Source: Roseibium sp. (GTDB lineage Bacteria; Pseudomonadota; Alphaproteobacteria; Rhizobiales; Stappiaceae). Taken from it: DNA of 64,000 bases. The position numbers were made by a program, and so were the translations under genes. Each line of letters begins with the position of its first letter. Position 1 is the stretch's first letter. Positions 56,785 through 64,000 of the stretch are shown piece after piece. The notes below the pieces were generated by a model. The model made no database searches. It was not told where the DNA came from and saw only the letters and a program-made list of their open reading frames with translations. The stretch lies in assembly GCF_050301095.1 (NCBI RefSeq), contig NZ_JBNKYW010000267.1, forward strand, positions 37,590 to 101,589, read 5' to 3'.

Positions 56785-56806
56785 GGAATTTTTCTGCCTC
56801 ACGACG

Positions 56807-58627
56807 TTACCGCACCAGAATGTTGCGGAACTGCCAGGGGTCCGTCTTGTCGATGTCTTCCGGGAAGAAGCCGGGGCGGTTCTCAAGCGGGGTCCATTCG
56901 GTGTAATAGCCCTTGACCGGACCGAGATAGGGCAACTGGATCTCCAGGCAACGCTTGTAGTCCATCTCGTCGGTCTCAACGATGCCCGCTTCCGGGTTCT
57001 CAAGTGCCCAGACCATGCCGGCAAGCACGGCGGAGGTCACCTGCAGGCCGGTGGCGTTCTGATAGGGGGCAAGCTTGCGCGTCTCTTCGACCGACAGCTG
57101 TGAGCCGTACCAGTAGGCGTTCTTCTTGTGGCCATAGAGCAGGACACCCAGCTCGTCGATACCGTCCTGGAGTTCGTTTTCTTCCAGGACATGCAGCTTT
57201 TCCTGGACCTTTCCGGCGGAGCCGAAGAGTTCGTGCAGGGAGAGAACCGCCACGTTTGCCGGATGGTACGCATAGTGGCATGTCGGCCTGTAGCTGACCT
57301 TCTTGCTGTCTGAGACCGTGAAATAGTCAGCGATGGAAATCGCCTCGTTGTGCGTCACCAGGAAGCCGTACTGGGCACCGGGGGTCGGGCACCAGGTCCT
57401 GACGCGCGTATTGGCGCCCGGCTGCTCCAGATAGATCGCGGCCTTGCAGCCCTTCTTGTGTTTCCTGGCGTTGGCGGGCTTCCAGGTCTCATGCGTGCCC
57501 CAGCCGAGTTCCGCCGGCTGGAACCCTTCGGACAGGAAACCTTCCACGGACCAGGTGTTCCAGAACTCGTTCGCCGGTTTCGGCTCCTTGGCCCGCTGGG
57601 TGTCGCGCTCGGCGATGTGGACACCCTTGACGCCCGTTTTCTTCATCAGCTTCGCCCAGCCCTTCTGGCTGGCCGGTTCCTTGAACTTCACGCCAGTGTC
57701 GGTGGCGATGTCGATCAATGCCTTCTTGACGAACCAGGAGACCATTCCCGGATTGGCGCCGCAGCACGAGACTGCCGTGGTTCCGCCCGGTTTCCTCTTC
57801 TTTTCCTTGCGCACGGTTTCACGCAGGGCATAGTTTGTGCGGTCGGCGGCAGAGGCCTTTTCGTCGAAGTAAAACCCCGGCCACGGCTCGACGACCGTAT
57901 CGATGTAAAGGACGCCGAGCTTGCGGCAGAGTTTCATCAGGTCGAGTGAGGACGTGTCGACCGAAAGGTTCACCACGAAGCCCTGCCCTTCGCCTTCGCT
58001 CAAAAGCGGCGTCAGGACGTCCTTGTAGTTCTCCGGCGTCAGCCCGACTTTCAGGAACTTGTAGCCTTTGTCCGTCACCAGCTTGGCATCGTTATCGACC
58101 GGATCGATGACGGTGAAACGGTTCTTGTCGAAATTGAAATGCCGCTCGATCAGCGGCAGCGTGCCCTTGCCGATGGAGCCGAGACCGATCATCACCAGAG
58201 GTCCGGTGATCGTGCCGTGAACCGGCCACTTCCTGGCTGCAGCTGCCGGTCTGGCTGCCCGTCTGGCAGGCGCCTTGCGCGCGGGAGCTTTTCTTGCTGG
58301 AGCCTTGGGTGCAACTGAAGCGGCAGCTGCCGGTTTGGCCACCGCCGGTTTCGCTGTCGCAGGTTTCGCGGCGGAACGCCTTGTCGTTGCCGGTTTTCGG
58401 GATGCCCCGGCTTGCCGGGCCGTTGCGGGTTTCGCTGCCGCCCTGTTGGAGGAAGCCTTCGTGGTAGACGCCTTGCTGGAGCTTGCCGGTTTTGCCGCTG
58501 CACTGGTTCCGGCTGGCTCCGGATTGGTGACCGACGGCTTTGCGGCGGGACGGCGCCGGGCCGCGGGTCTGGAGGCCGTTTTTGCTGCCGGTTTCTTCGG
58601 CGCGCCGCCGTTGGTTTCGTCGGTCAT
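56807..58627 (-). CDS. hss: Homospermidine synthase with an Ala/Lys/Pro-rich N-terminal extension
   Basis: Residues ~134-606 are canonical bacterial HSS (WPVHGTITGPLVMIGLGSIGKGTLPLIERHF..., saccharopine-dehydrogenase-like NAD fold). Residues 1-133 are AKP/KPA repeats. The ATG at 58627 is preceded by GGAG with 7-nt spacing. Confidence 0.92.
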   Translation of the reverse strand: MTDETNGGAPKKPAAKTASRPAARRRPAAKPSVTNPEPAGTSAAAKPASSSKASTTKASSNRAAAKPATARQAGASRKPATTRRSAAKPATAKPAVAKPAAAASVAPKAPARKAPARKAPARRAARPAAAARKWPVHGTITGPLVMIGLGSIGKGTLPLIERHFNFDKNRFTVIDPVDNDAKLVTDKGYKFLKVGLTPENYKDVLTPLLSEGEGQGFVVNLSVDTSSLDLMKLCRKLGVLYIDTVVEPWPGFYFDEKASAADRTNYALRETVRKEKKRKPGGTTAVSCCGANPGMVSWFVKKALIDIATDTGVKFKEPASQKGWAKLMKKTGVKGVHIAERDTQRAKEPKPANEFWNTWSVEGFLSEGFQPAELGWGTHETWKPANARKHKKGCKAAIYLEQPGANTRVRTWCPTPGAQYGFLVTHNEAISIADYFTVSDSKKVSYRPTCHYAYHPANVAVLSLHELFGSAGKVQEKLHVLEENELQDGIDELGVLLYGHKKNAYWYGSQLSVEETRKLAPYQNATGLQVTSAVLAGMVWALENPEAGIVETDEMDYKRCLEIQLPYLGPVKGYYTEWTPLENRPGFFPEDIDKTDPWQFRNILVR

Positions 58628-58886
58628 TTCAAAACTCCAATCGTTTCCGTCTGTGCCGCCCGAATTGCGTCAGCGGGTCCGGCTTGCGGTGAATACCCTC
58701 AAAAAGAAAGCGCACATATTGCGCTTCAGCTGTGACCGGTTTTACCCGGAAATTCAAGTCGGCCGTACGTTTATTCTGCAGCGGCCCATGATGTGGCAGG
58801 TAAGAGCGCTGGTTGAATGAACAAGGCTCCGGGCAAAATTCCAAAAAAGGGCGATGGAAGACCACCGCCCCTTCAAGATGGCGCAT

Positions 58887-59438
58887 TCATGCAGCTTTGG
58901 AAAAGAAGAAACTGTCTTCTGCCCTTGCAACGGCCAACGTCGGATCCGAAGCTCCGGTTCCGGACATAAGGCCATCGAGCCGGGACAGGGAGCCCGTTTC
59001 GAATTCGGTCCCGAGAAACCGGTGATACTCCACCGGCCCCGGCAGCATGACCTTGTCCAGCAGCCCGGCTGAAAACCCGAAACGGGAATAGTAAGGCAGA
59101 TCCCCGACCAGGATCACCGAGCCGTGGCCGTGAACCGCCGCCTGGTTGAGTGCATGACGCATCAGCCGGTCGCCGACCTTCAAGCCACGGCAATCGGGGG
59201 CGACGGCCAGTGGTCCGAGCAACAGGCTTTGAAACCCGTTGCGGTCCGCCACGGACCACAGACGCACCGTCCCCACCAGCTTGCCGGTATCGTCGAGCGC
59301 GACAAACGCAAACACCGGCAGGCGGCCTTCCCGCAGGCGCTCGGACGTCTTGGCGAAACGCGCCTCGCCGAAGCAGAGGTCGAGCAACGCCTCGCGGGCA
59401 CCGACATATGCCGGCCCCTCCTCCACAATGTCGATCAT
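58887..59438 (-). CDS. GNAT family N-acetyltransferase (YhbS-like)
   Basis: 183 aa. Motif A: LAVAPDCRGLKVGDRLM. It lies between the odc and hss genes, 11 nt after the odc stop. Confidence 0.8.
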   Translation of the reverse strand: MIDIVEEGPAYVGAREALLDLCFGEARFAKTSERLREGRLPVFAFVALDDTGKLVGTVRLWSVADRNGFQSLLLGPLAVAPDCRGLKVGDRLMRHALNQAAVHGHGSVILVGDLPYYSRFGFSAGLLDKVMLPGPVEYHRFLGTEFETGSLSRLDGLMSGTGASDPTLAVARAEDSFFFSKAA

Positions 59439-59449
59439 GGCTTCAACGC

Positions 59450-60583
59450 TTAGATGACGAAGGAGGCCAGCGGCGCGAAGCCGTTGAAACCGACCGTCGA
59501 ATAGGTCGTGGTGTAGGCACCGCAGGCCTCGATCAGCACCTTGTCGCCAATCGACAGGCTCACCGGCAGTTCGTACGGCGTCTTCTCGTAAAGAACGTCG
59601 ACGCTGTCGCAGGTCGGGCCGGCCAGCACGCAGGGTGCGGTCATGTCGCCATCGCGCGGTGTACGGATCGGATAACGGATCGCTTCGTCCATGGTCTCGG
59701 CCAGGCCATGGAACTTGCCGATGTCGAGGTAGACCCAGCGGATCTCGTCTTCCTTGTTGGATTTTCTGGAGATCAGCACCACTTCGGCTTCGATCATACC
59801 CGCGTTTCCGACCATGCCGCGGCCCGGTTCGATGATCGTGGACGGCAACCGGTTGCCGAAATGCTTGGAAAGCGCCTGGAAGATCGCGTCGCCATAGCTC
59901 GGCACGCCCGGAACGTCCTTCAGGTAACGGGTCGGGAAGCCCCCACCCATGTTGACCATTTTCAGCTGGATGCCCCGGAGCGCCATTTCCTGGAAGACGC
60001 CTGCCGCCATGGCGAGAGCGAAATCCCAGGCTTCGAGATTGGCTTGCTGGGAGCCGACATGGAAGGAGACGCCATAGGCTTCGAGTCCGAGCCGGTGGGC
60101 GTGTTCCAGGACATCAGGTGCCATGTCGGGGTCGCAACCGAATTTTCTGGAGAGCGGCCATTCGGCTCCGGCGCCGTCGCACAGGACCCGGCAGAAGACT
60201 TTGGAGCCAGGGGCGACGCGGGCGATTTTTTCAACTTCTTCGATGCAGTCGACGGCGAAAAGCCGGACGCCAAATTCAAAGGCACGCGCAATGTCCTTCT
60301 CCTTCTTGATGGTATTGCCGTAGGAAATGCGGTCGGCGGAAGCCCCTGTTGCCAGAACCATTTCGATTTCGCCGACAGAAGCGCAATCGAAGGAAGATCC
60401 GAGGCTTTCCAGGAGGGACAGGATTTCAGGCGCCGGGTTGGCTTTCACGGCGTAATAGACGGAAGTGTCCGGCAGGGACCGGGCAAAGGCGTGGAAATTC
60501 TCGCGCACGATGTCGAGATCGACAACGACGCAGGGGCCGTCGTCATCGCGTCGTCGGAGGAACTCGCGGATACGCTCGCTCAT
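59450..60583 (-). CDS. odc: Ornithine (ornithine/lysine) decarboxylase, alanine-racemase-fold PLP enzyme
   Basis: 377 aa from the ATG at 60583 (MSERIREFL...). PLP-Lys motif YYAVKANP, plus GGGFP and a substrate-binding Cys region (GPTCDSVD). ORF 59450..60667 extends upstream. Confidence 0.9.
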   Translation of the reverse strand: MSERIREFLRRRDDDGPCVVVDLDIVRENFHAFARSLPDTSVYYAVKANPAPEILSLLESLGSSFDCASVGEIEMVLATGASADRISYGNTIKKEKDIARAFEFGVRLFAVDCIEEVEKIARVAPGSKVFCRVLCDGAGAEWPLSRKFGCDPDMAPDVLEHAHRLGLEAYGVSFHVGSQQANLEAWDFALAMAAGVFQEMALRGIQLKMVNMGGGFPTRYLKDVPGVPSYGDAIFQALSKHFGNRLPSTIIEPGRGMVGNAGMIEAEVVLISRKSNKEDEIRWVYLDIGKFHGLAETMDEAIRYPIRTPRDGDMTAPCVLAGPTCDSVDVLYEKTPYELPVSLSIGDKVLIEACGAYTTTYSTVGFNGFAPLASFVI

Positions 60584-61100
60584 GGGGATGTCCCCTTTCT
60601 CAATCTGGCCGCAGACGCGCCTCAATATCGGCTCGCGCGCTGCAGTTCGCGTCGCAGGGTGCTGCAATACGCACCGGGCCTCCCCCGGGATGGAACCGGA
60701 GGCCGGGTTGACTGCAGCGACGGTTGGGCAATGCGGCTGAAGACCAGGCGCAGAGCTTTCCCGCGTCGGGAATGCCGTTGATTGGATCGGGAAAAACCGA
60801 ACCGCACGTCGGGCAATGATGTAACAAGTGCCTCTTCAGTGACGCCGGAGGTTGGATACCCCGGCAGAGACCAAAAAAGCCCTCTTACGTCGTTGCTTTA
60901 AGCCGTCCGGATCATGCTGCCCCGCCCCTTGGCGGATTTACTGGCAGCGGCCCCTTAAGAGATGTCTTACAAACACCCCATGAACGACCTCGGGCACGTG
61001 CGAATTTGGGCGAGGCGTATATGCGCCCGTTCGCTTTTCGATGCAATAGGAAAAATCCGGTTGCCGAAACTTTTTTTGAGAGGGTCCAGATCCCGGGACC
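60584..61100 (-). ncRNA. Long structured 5' leader of odc; candidate speF-type alphaproteobacterial leader RNA
   Basis: There are 719 nt without a credible CDS between odc and the divergent VOC gene, with several GC-rich inverted repeats (e.g. 60673-60683 / 60698-60708). A conserved speF RNA motif has been described upstream of alphaproteobacterial ornithine decarboxylase genes. I did not verify motif identity and the extent is approximate. Confidence 0.35.
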
Positions 61101-61302
61101 TTTTCGCGGAAGGCTTTGCCGTGCTTTAACAATTGGAGAGAAATTAACGCCTCGCCGACTGGCACCCATCGGTGGATGCTGGCCGCCGGTGAAGCCTGGC
61201 TACCATCGGAAAACACGCCGGATGAGGTCAAGATGAGGGACCTCGCACACCGGTCCGCATCGCTGACCGGTCCAACGCCAATTTCCTGCGGAAAGGGACT
61301 GG

Positions 61303-61683
61303 ATGCATATCGAAAAACTCGACCACGTCAATCTGAGAACGACGCAGCTCGATATTCTCATCGCCTGGTACGGCGATATCCTGGGCATGCAACCCGGCCC
61401 GAGGCCGGACTTCCCTTTCCCCGGAGCTTGGCTTTATGCGGGTGAGGCTGCCGCAATCCATCTGGTCGGCATTGAGGGCGACCCGGCCGTCGGCTCGGAA
61501 AGTAAGCTCAAGCTCGAACATTTCGCCTTCACGGCGACCGGTGCAGAGGAGTTCGAACAGCGTCTGATCGCCCGCGGCGAGCACTACCGCCGCTCGGTGC
61601 AGCCCGGCACCGGCGCCATCGCGATCAATGTCTGGGATCCGGACGGCAACCACATCCACGTCGACTTTGCCCCTGGCACGTGA
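61303..61683 (+). CDS. VOC (glyoxalase/bleomycin-resistance/dioxygenase) family protein
   Basis: 126 aa. MHIEKLDHVNLRTTQLD..., HFAFTATG and VWDPDGNHIHVDF. Confidence 0.8.
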   Translation: MHIEKLDHVNLRTTQLDILIAWYGDILGMQPGPRPDFPFPGAWLYAGEAAAIHLVGIEGDPAVGSESKLKLEHFAFTATGAEEFEQRLIARGEHYRRSVQPGTGAIAINVWDPDGNHIHVDFAPGT

Positions 61684-61842
61684 ACTCACGTGGCTGCACA
61701 TTTCCAGGCTCAACTTTGCGTCAAAGGAAACACCGACTTGCCCTCTCCCCACCCGAGATGGAGAGGGGTACCAGTTAACGGGTTCGGGTTTCACTATTCC
61801 GATTCCGATGCTCCAATCAGATTTCTTTGCAGCAACTCAAAT

Positions 61843-63495
61843 TCAAAAACTCTCCTCGAGAATCCTGCTGTCCGGGATGCCTTCCCGTTCCAGGCCCGCC
61901 TTCAATTCCGCCAGGAACCCGGCAGGTCCGCAGAGGTAGAAGCGGGCGTTTGCCGCGCCTGTCAGGGCGACGAGGCCCTCCGCCGTGATGCGTCCCGCAT
62001 GGTCGTAGTCCCGGCTTCTGACATCCGTCTCCAACGGGTGGCTGTAGTGAGTCAGCAGGCGGATGGACGGCTTGCCTGCGGCCAGCGCGCGAACTTCGTC
62101 CCGGAACGGATGATGAGCACCGTCCCGGGCACCGTGGACGAACCAGACCGGCCGGCTATCCCCCTCCCCGGCCACCGCATGCAGCATGGACAGAAGCGGC
62201 GTGATGCCGATGCCTGCGCTGACGAGAACAATCGGATCCCGCGTGTTGGACAGCCCGAACGTTCCCGCCGGCATTCCTGCGTCGATCATGGCGCCAACGT
62301 GCAGCCCGTCATGCAGAATGCGGGATACCAGCCCTTGCGGATCCCGCTTCACGGATATCCGGTAACGCCCATCCCTGGGCGCCCCGGAGAGTGAATAGCT
62401 GCGTTGCACCTTGCCCATACCGCCGCTGAGGTTCAGCTCGATGGGAAGATGCTGTCCGGCCGCGAAGGTCTTGAGCGGTCCACCGTCACGTGCTTCGAAG
62501 ATGAAGGAGGTGACATCGGCGCTTTCCTGAACGCGCTCCACAAGACGCAGCGAGCGGGCAGGTGCCGCATCTTCCTGCCAGCGCAGGCGCAGCACAGAGG
62601 ACAGCTCCACGATCGCGTCAATTTCCAGCGTCACGAGCTGCCGGGCGCCTGGCACACGGGCGACCGCTTCGGAGTCCCAGTCGATGCTGGCCCGACCTGT
62701 CAGTTGCAGCAAGCTACCTGAGGCAAAGTCGACAAACAGGAGCCCGGCGCGCGGGTCGCTCAGGATGTTGCCGAGCGTGTTGTAGAAACGGTTCCCGGCA
62801 TAATCGGGAAAACAAATCGTGCGGTCGTCCAGGACCTCGATAAAACCCCGCTCACCGCCGCGGTGGGAAATATCCATGCCATAGGCCGGATTGTCGCCCT
62901 CGCCCCGGTAGCCGGTCGCGATGAAGAAGGTATCGGCGGATGTGATCCACTCCTGCTGGGAGGCGGTGAGATATGTGCCCCGAACCGCGGTACCCGTTGG
63001 TTGCTCCGGGCTCCACCAGCATCTGCGCGCACGGATATATTGCGGACAATTGCCGAAGGACTGGCTGACCGCAAAGCGGATGCCACCTTCGTCTCCTGCC
63101 GCGACCGTGCCATTGACCCGGTTGCGGCGGCGGGTGGCGGGCTCAATGCCGATCAGGCCGATATCGGAACCTGCGGCGAGTGCACCGTCAAGTGCGTCGC
63201 CCGGCACCGGCCGCGCCGAGATTTCAAGAGAAACGGAGTCCGGCGAGCGCACAAAACCAGGCCCGCCCTCGAGAAATGTAGCCCAGGTCCGCCCCTCGGC
63301 ATCACGAGCAGCCGCAATCAGAAAAGGCTGTTCCTCAAAGAAGATGCGGTGCTGGTCGGGCATGAAGCTGCGGATGGCGCCGCGAGCCCAGCGTTCAACG
63401 CCCCGGTCACCAAGGCGCTCCTGTGCCTGACGTTCGCCGGCGTGAAACGGTGACAGGTTGTCCCTCTCACGAACGTTGGCATCAGTCTCAGGCAT
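61843..63495 (-). CDS. Fusion flavoprotein: pyridoxamine-5'-phosphate-oxidase-like FMN-binding domain(s) plus an FNR-type FAD/NAD(P)H oxidoreductase module
   Basis: 550 aa from the ATG at 63495 (MPETDANV). The N-terminal split-barrel region includes SADTFFIATG. The C-terminal half has RSYSLSG (the RxYS FAD motif) and LVSAGIGITP (nucleotide binding). No Fe-S or haem motif is present. Confidence 0.78.
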   Translation of the reverse strand: MPETDANVRERDNLSPFHAGERQAQERLGDRGVERWARGAIRSFMPDQHRIFFEEQPFLIAAARDAEGRTWATFLEGGPGFVRSPDSVSLEISARPVPGDALDGALAAGSDIGLIGIEPATRRRNRVNGTVAAGDEGGIRFAVSQSFGNCPQYIRARRCWWSPEQPTGTAVRGTYLTASQQEWITSADTFFIATGYRGEGDNPAYGMDISHRGGERGFIEVLDDRTICFPDYAGNRFYNTLGNILSDPRAGLLFVDFASGSLLQLTGRASIDWDSEAVARVPGARQLVTLEIDAIVELSSVLRLRWQEDAAPARSLRLVERVQESADVTSFIFEARDGGPLKTFAAGQHLPIELNLSGGMGKVQRSYSLSGAPRDGRYRISVKRDPQGLVSRILHDGLHVGAMIDAGMPAGTFGLSNTRDPIVLVSAGIGITPLLSMLHAVAGEGDSRPVWFVHGARDGAHHPFRDEVRALAAGKPSIRLLTHYSHPLETDVRSRDYDHAGRITAEGLVALTGAANARFYLCGPAGFLAELKAGLEREGIPDSRILEESF

Positions 63496-63566
63496 CGTGA
63501 TCTCCCATGTGGCAGGACAAAAGAAGCCACGGACCGGCACTCGCCAGGTCCGTGGCCAGTTTCTCG

Positions 63567-64000
63567 TCAGGCGGCAAGGCCCACCTTGGTTGCCTGCATC
63601 GGCGCAAAACCCGGAAGACCCTCAACGCGCTTCAGGAACGCAACGATGTTGGGATAGGGCTCGAGGGAAACATTTCCTTCCGGCGCATGGGCCGTATAGG
63701 TGTAGATAGCAACATCGGCGATGGACGGCTTGCCGCCGACCAGCCAGTCGCGCCCTTCCAGATGCCCTTCCAGCAGATCGAATGCTGATTTTGCGGTCTG
63801 CTTCGCCCGCTCCGCATCGAGCTCCGCCCCGAAGACAGTCACGAGACGGGCAGCAGCCGGACCATTGGCGATTTCTCCGGCCGCAAGCGACAGGAACCGC
63901 TGCACCCCGGCCTCCGCCAGTGGATCGGCCGGCAGCCAGTCGGGGGCGTATTTGCGAGCCAGATAGACAAGGATCGCATTGGAATCGGCAATAACCGCTC
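63567..64000 (-). CDS. Glutathione S-transferase (5' end lies beyond the window)
   Basis: The frame stays open to the window edge: ...AVIADSNAILVYLARKYAPDWLPADPLAEAGVQRFLS... (GST N-terminal/C-terminal junction), followed by the GST_C domain (WLVGGKPSIADVAIY). The listed GTG at 63905 is internal. Confidence 0.85.
   Translation of the reverse strand, partial: AVIADSNAILVYLARKYAPDWLPADPLAEAGVQRFLSLAAGEIANGPAAARLVTVFGAELDAERAKQTAKSAFDLLEGHLEGRDWLVGGKPSIADVAIYTYTAHAPEGNVSLEPYPNIVAFLKRVEGLPGFAPMQATKVGLAA

Noticed and set aside
58275-58820. A 181-aa plus-strand ORF (Ala/Gly/Phe-rich) opposite the hss N-terminal extension.
   Set aside because: It is the reverse complement of the AKP-repeat coding region, because GCN/AAR/CCN repeats read as Ala/Gly/Phe on the other strand. 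The minus-strand frame is continuous with the HSS body and has a good RBS.
1-64000. A search by eye for tRNA/rRNA genes, CRISPR repeats, IS elements or transposases, integrases, phage genes and toxin-antitoxin pairs.
   Set aside because: No T-loop-type GGTTCGAAT sequences occur in the intergenic regions. There are no regularly spaced direct repeats and no ORF with transposase, integrase or phage hallmarks. The window appears free of classical mobile elements.

Overview
This is a GC-rich, densely coding 64-kb chromosomal segment. Its gene content (homospermidine synthase, Tat-signal TRAP transporter, TIGR03808-type repeat protein, Rhizobium-type asparaginase II, heterodimeric methylmalonyl-CoA mutase) points to an alphaproteobacterium, probably of the marine Rhodobacterales/Hyphomicrobiales type; that taxonomy is inference only. 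I support about 58 protein-coding genes plus several rho-independent terminators and a few candidate operator, promoter and leader elements. I saw no rRNA, tRNA, CRISPR array, transposase, integrase or phage gene.

Most of the window is ordinary core metabolism:
- protease II, Fe-SOD and c-type cytochromes
- a TRAP transporter
- mutA-mutB methylmalonyl-CoA mutase, with MeaB located elsewhere in the window
- M20 peptidase, LOG, DDAH, asparaginase and an aminotransferase
- a SulP transporter

The regions worth a second look are:
1. An odc-GNAT-hss polyamine module. Its homospermidine synthase carries a roughly 133-aa Ala/Lys/Pro-rich, histone-H1-like N-terminal extension. The ornithine decarboxylase gene has a roughly 0.5-0.7 kb structured leader that may be a speF-type RNA.
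2. A roughly 9-kb block (47.7-56.8 kb) with an AT-rich left edge. It encodes a secreted partner protein translationally coupled to a periplasmic caspase-like protease fused to Sel1 repeats and a peptidoglycan-binding domain. It also encodes a double GT-B glycosyltransferase fusion, a sulfotransferase, a GT2, and a radical SAM enzyme whose Cys-rich auxiliary-like region sits N-terminal of the core. No export genes are present in the block.
3. A TRAP small-permease gene fused to a TM2-like plus coiled-coil N-terminal module.
4. A tandem DUF2975-DUF2975-YozG-type HTH cassette.

Many very long ORFs on the track are antisense shadows of real genes, as expected in GC-rich DNA, and I rejected them. 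All family assignments come from motif recognition by eye. No database search was run.
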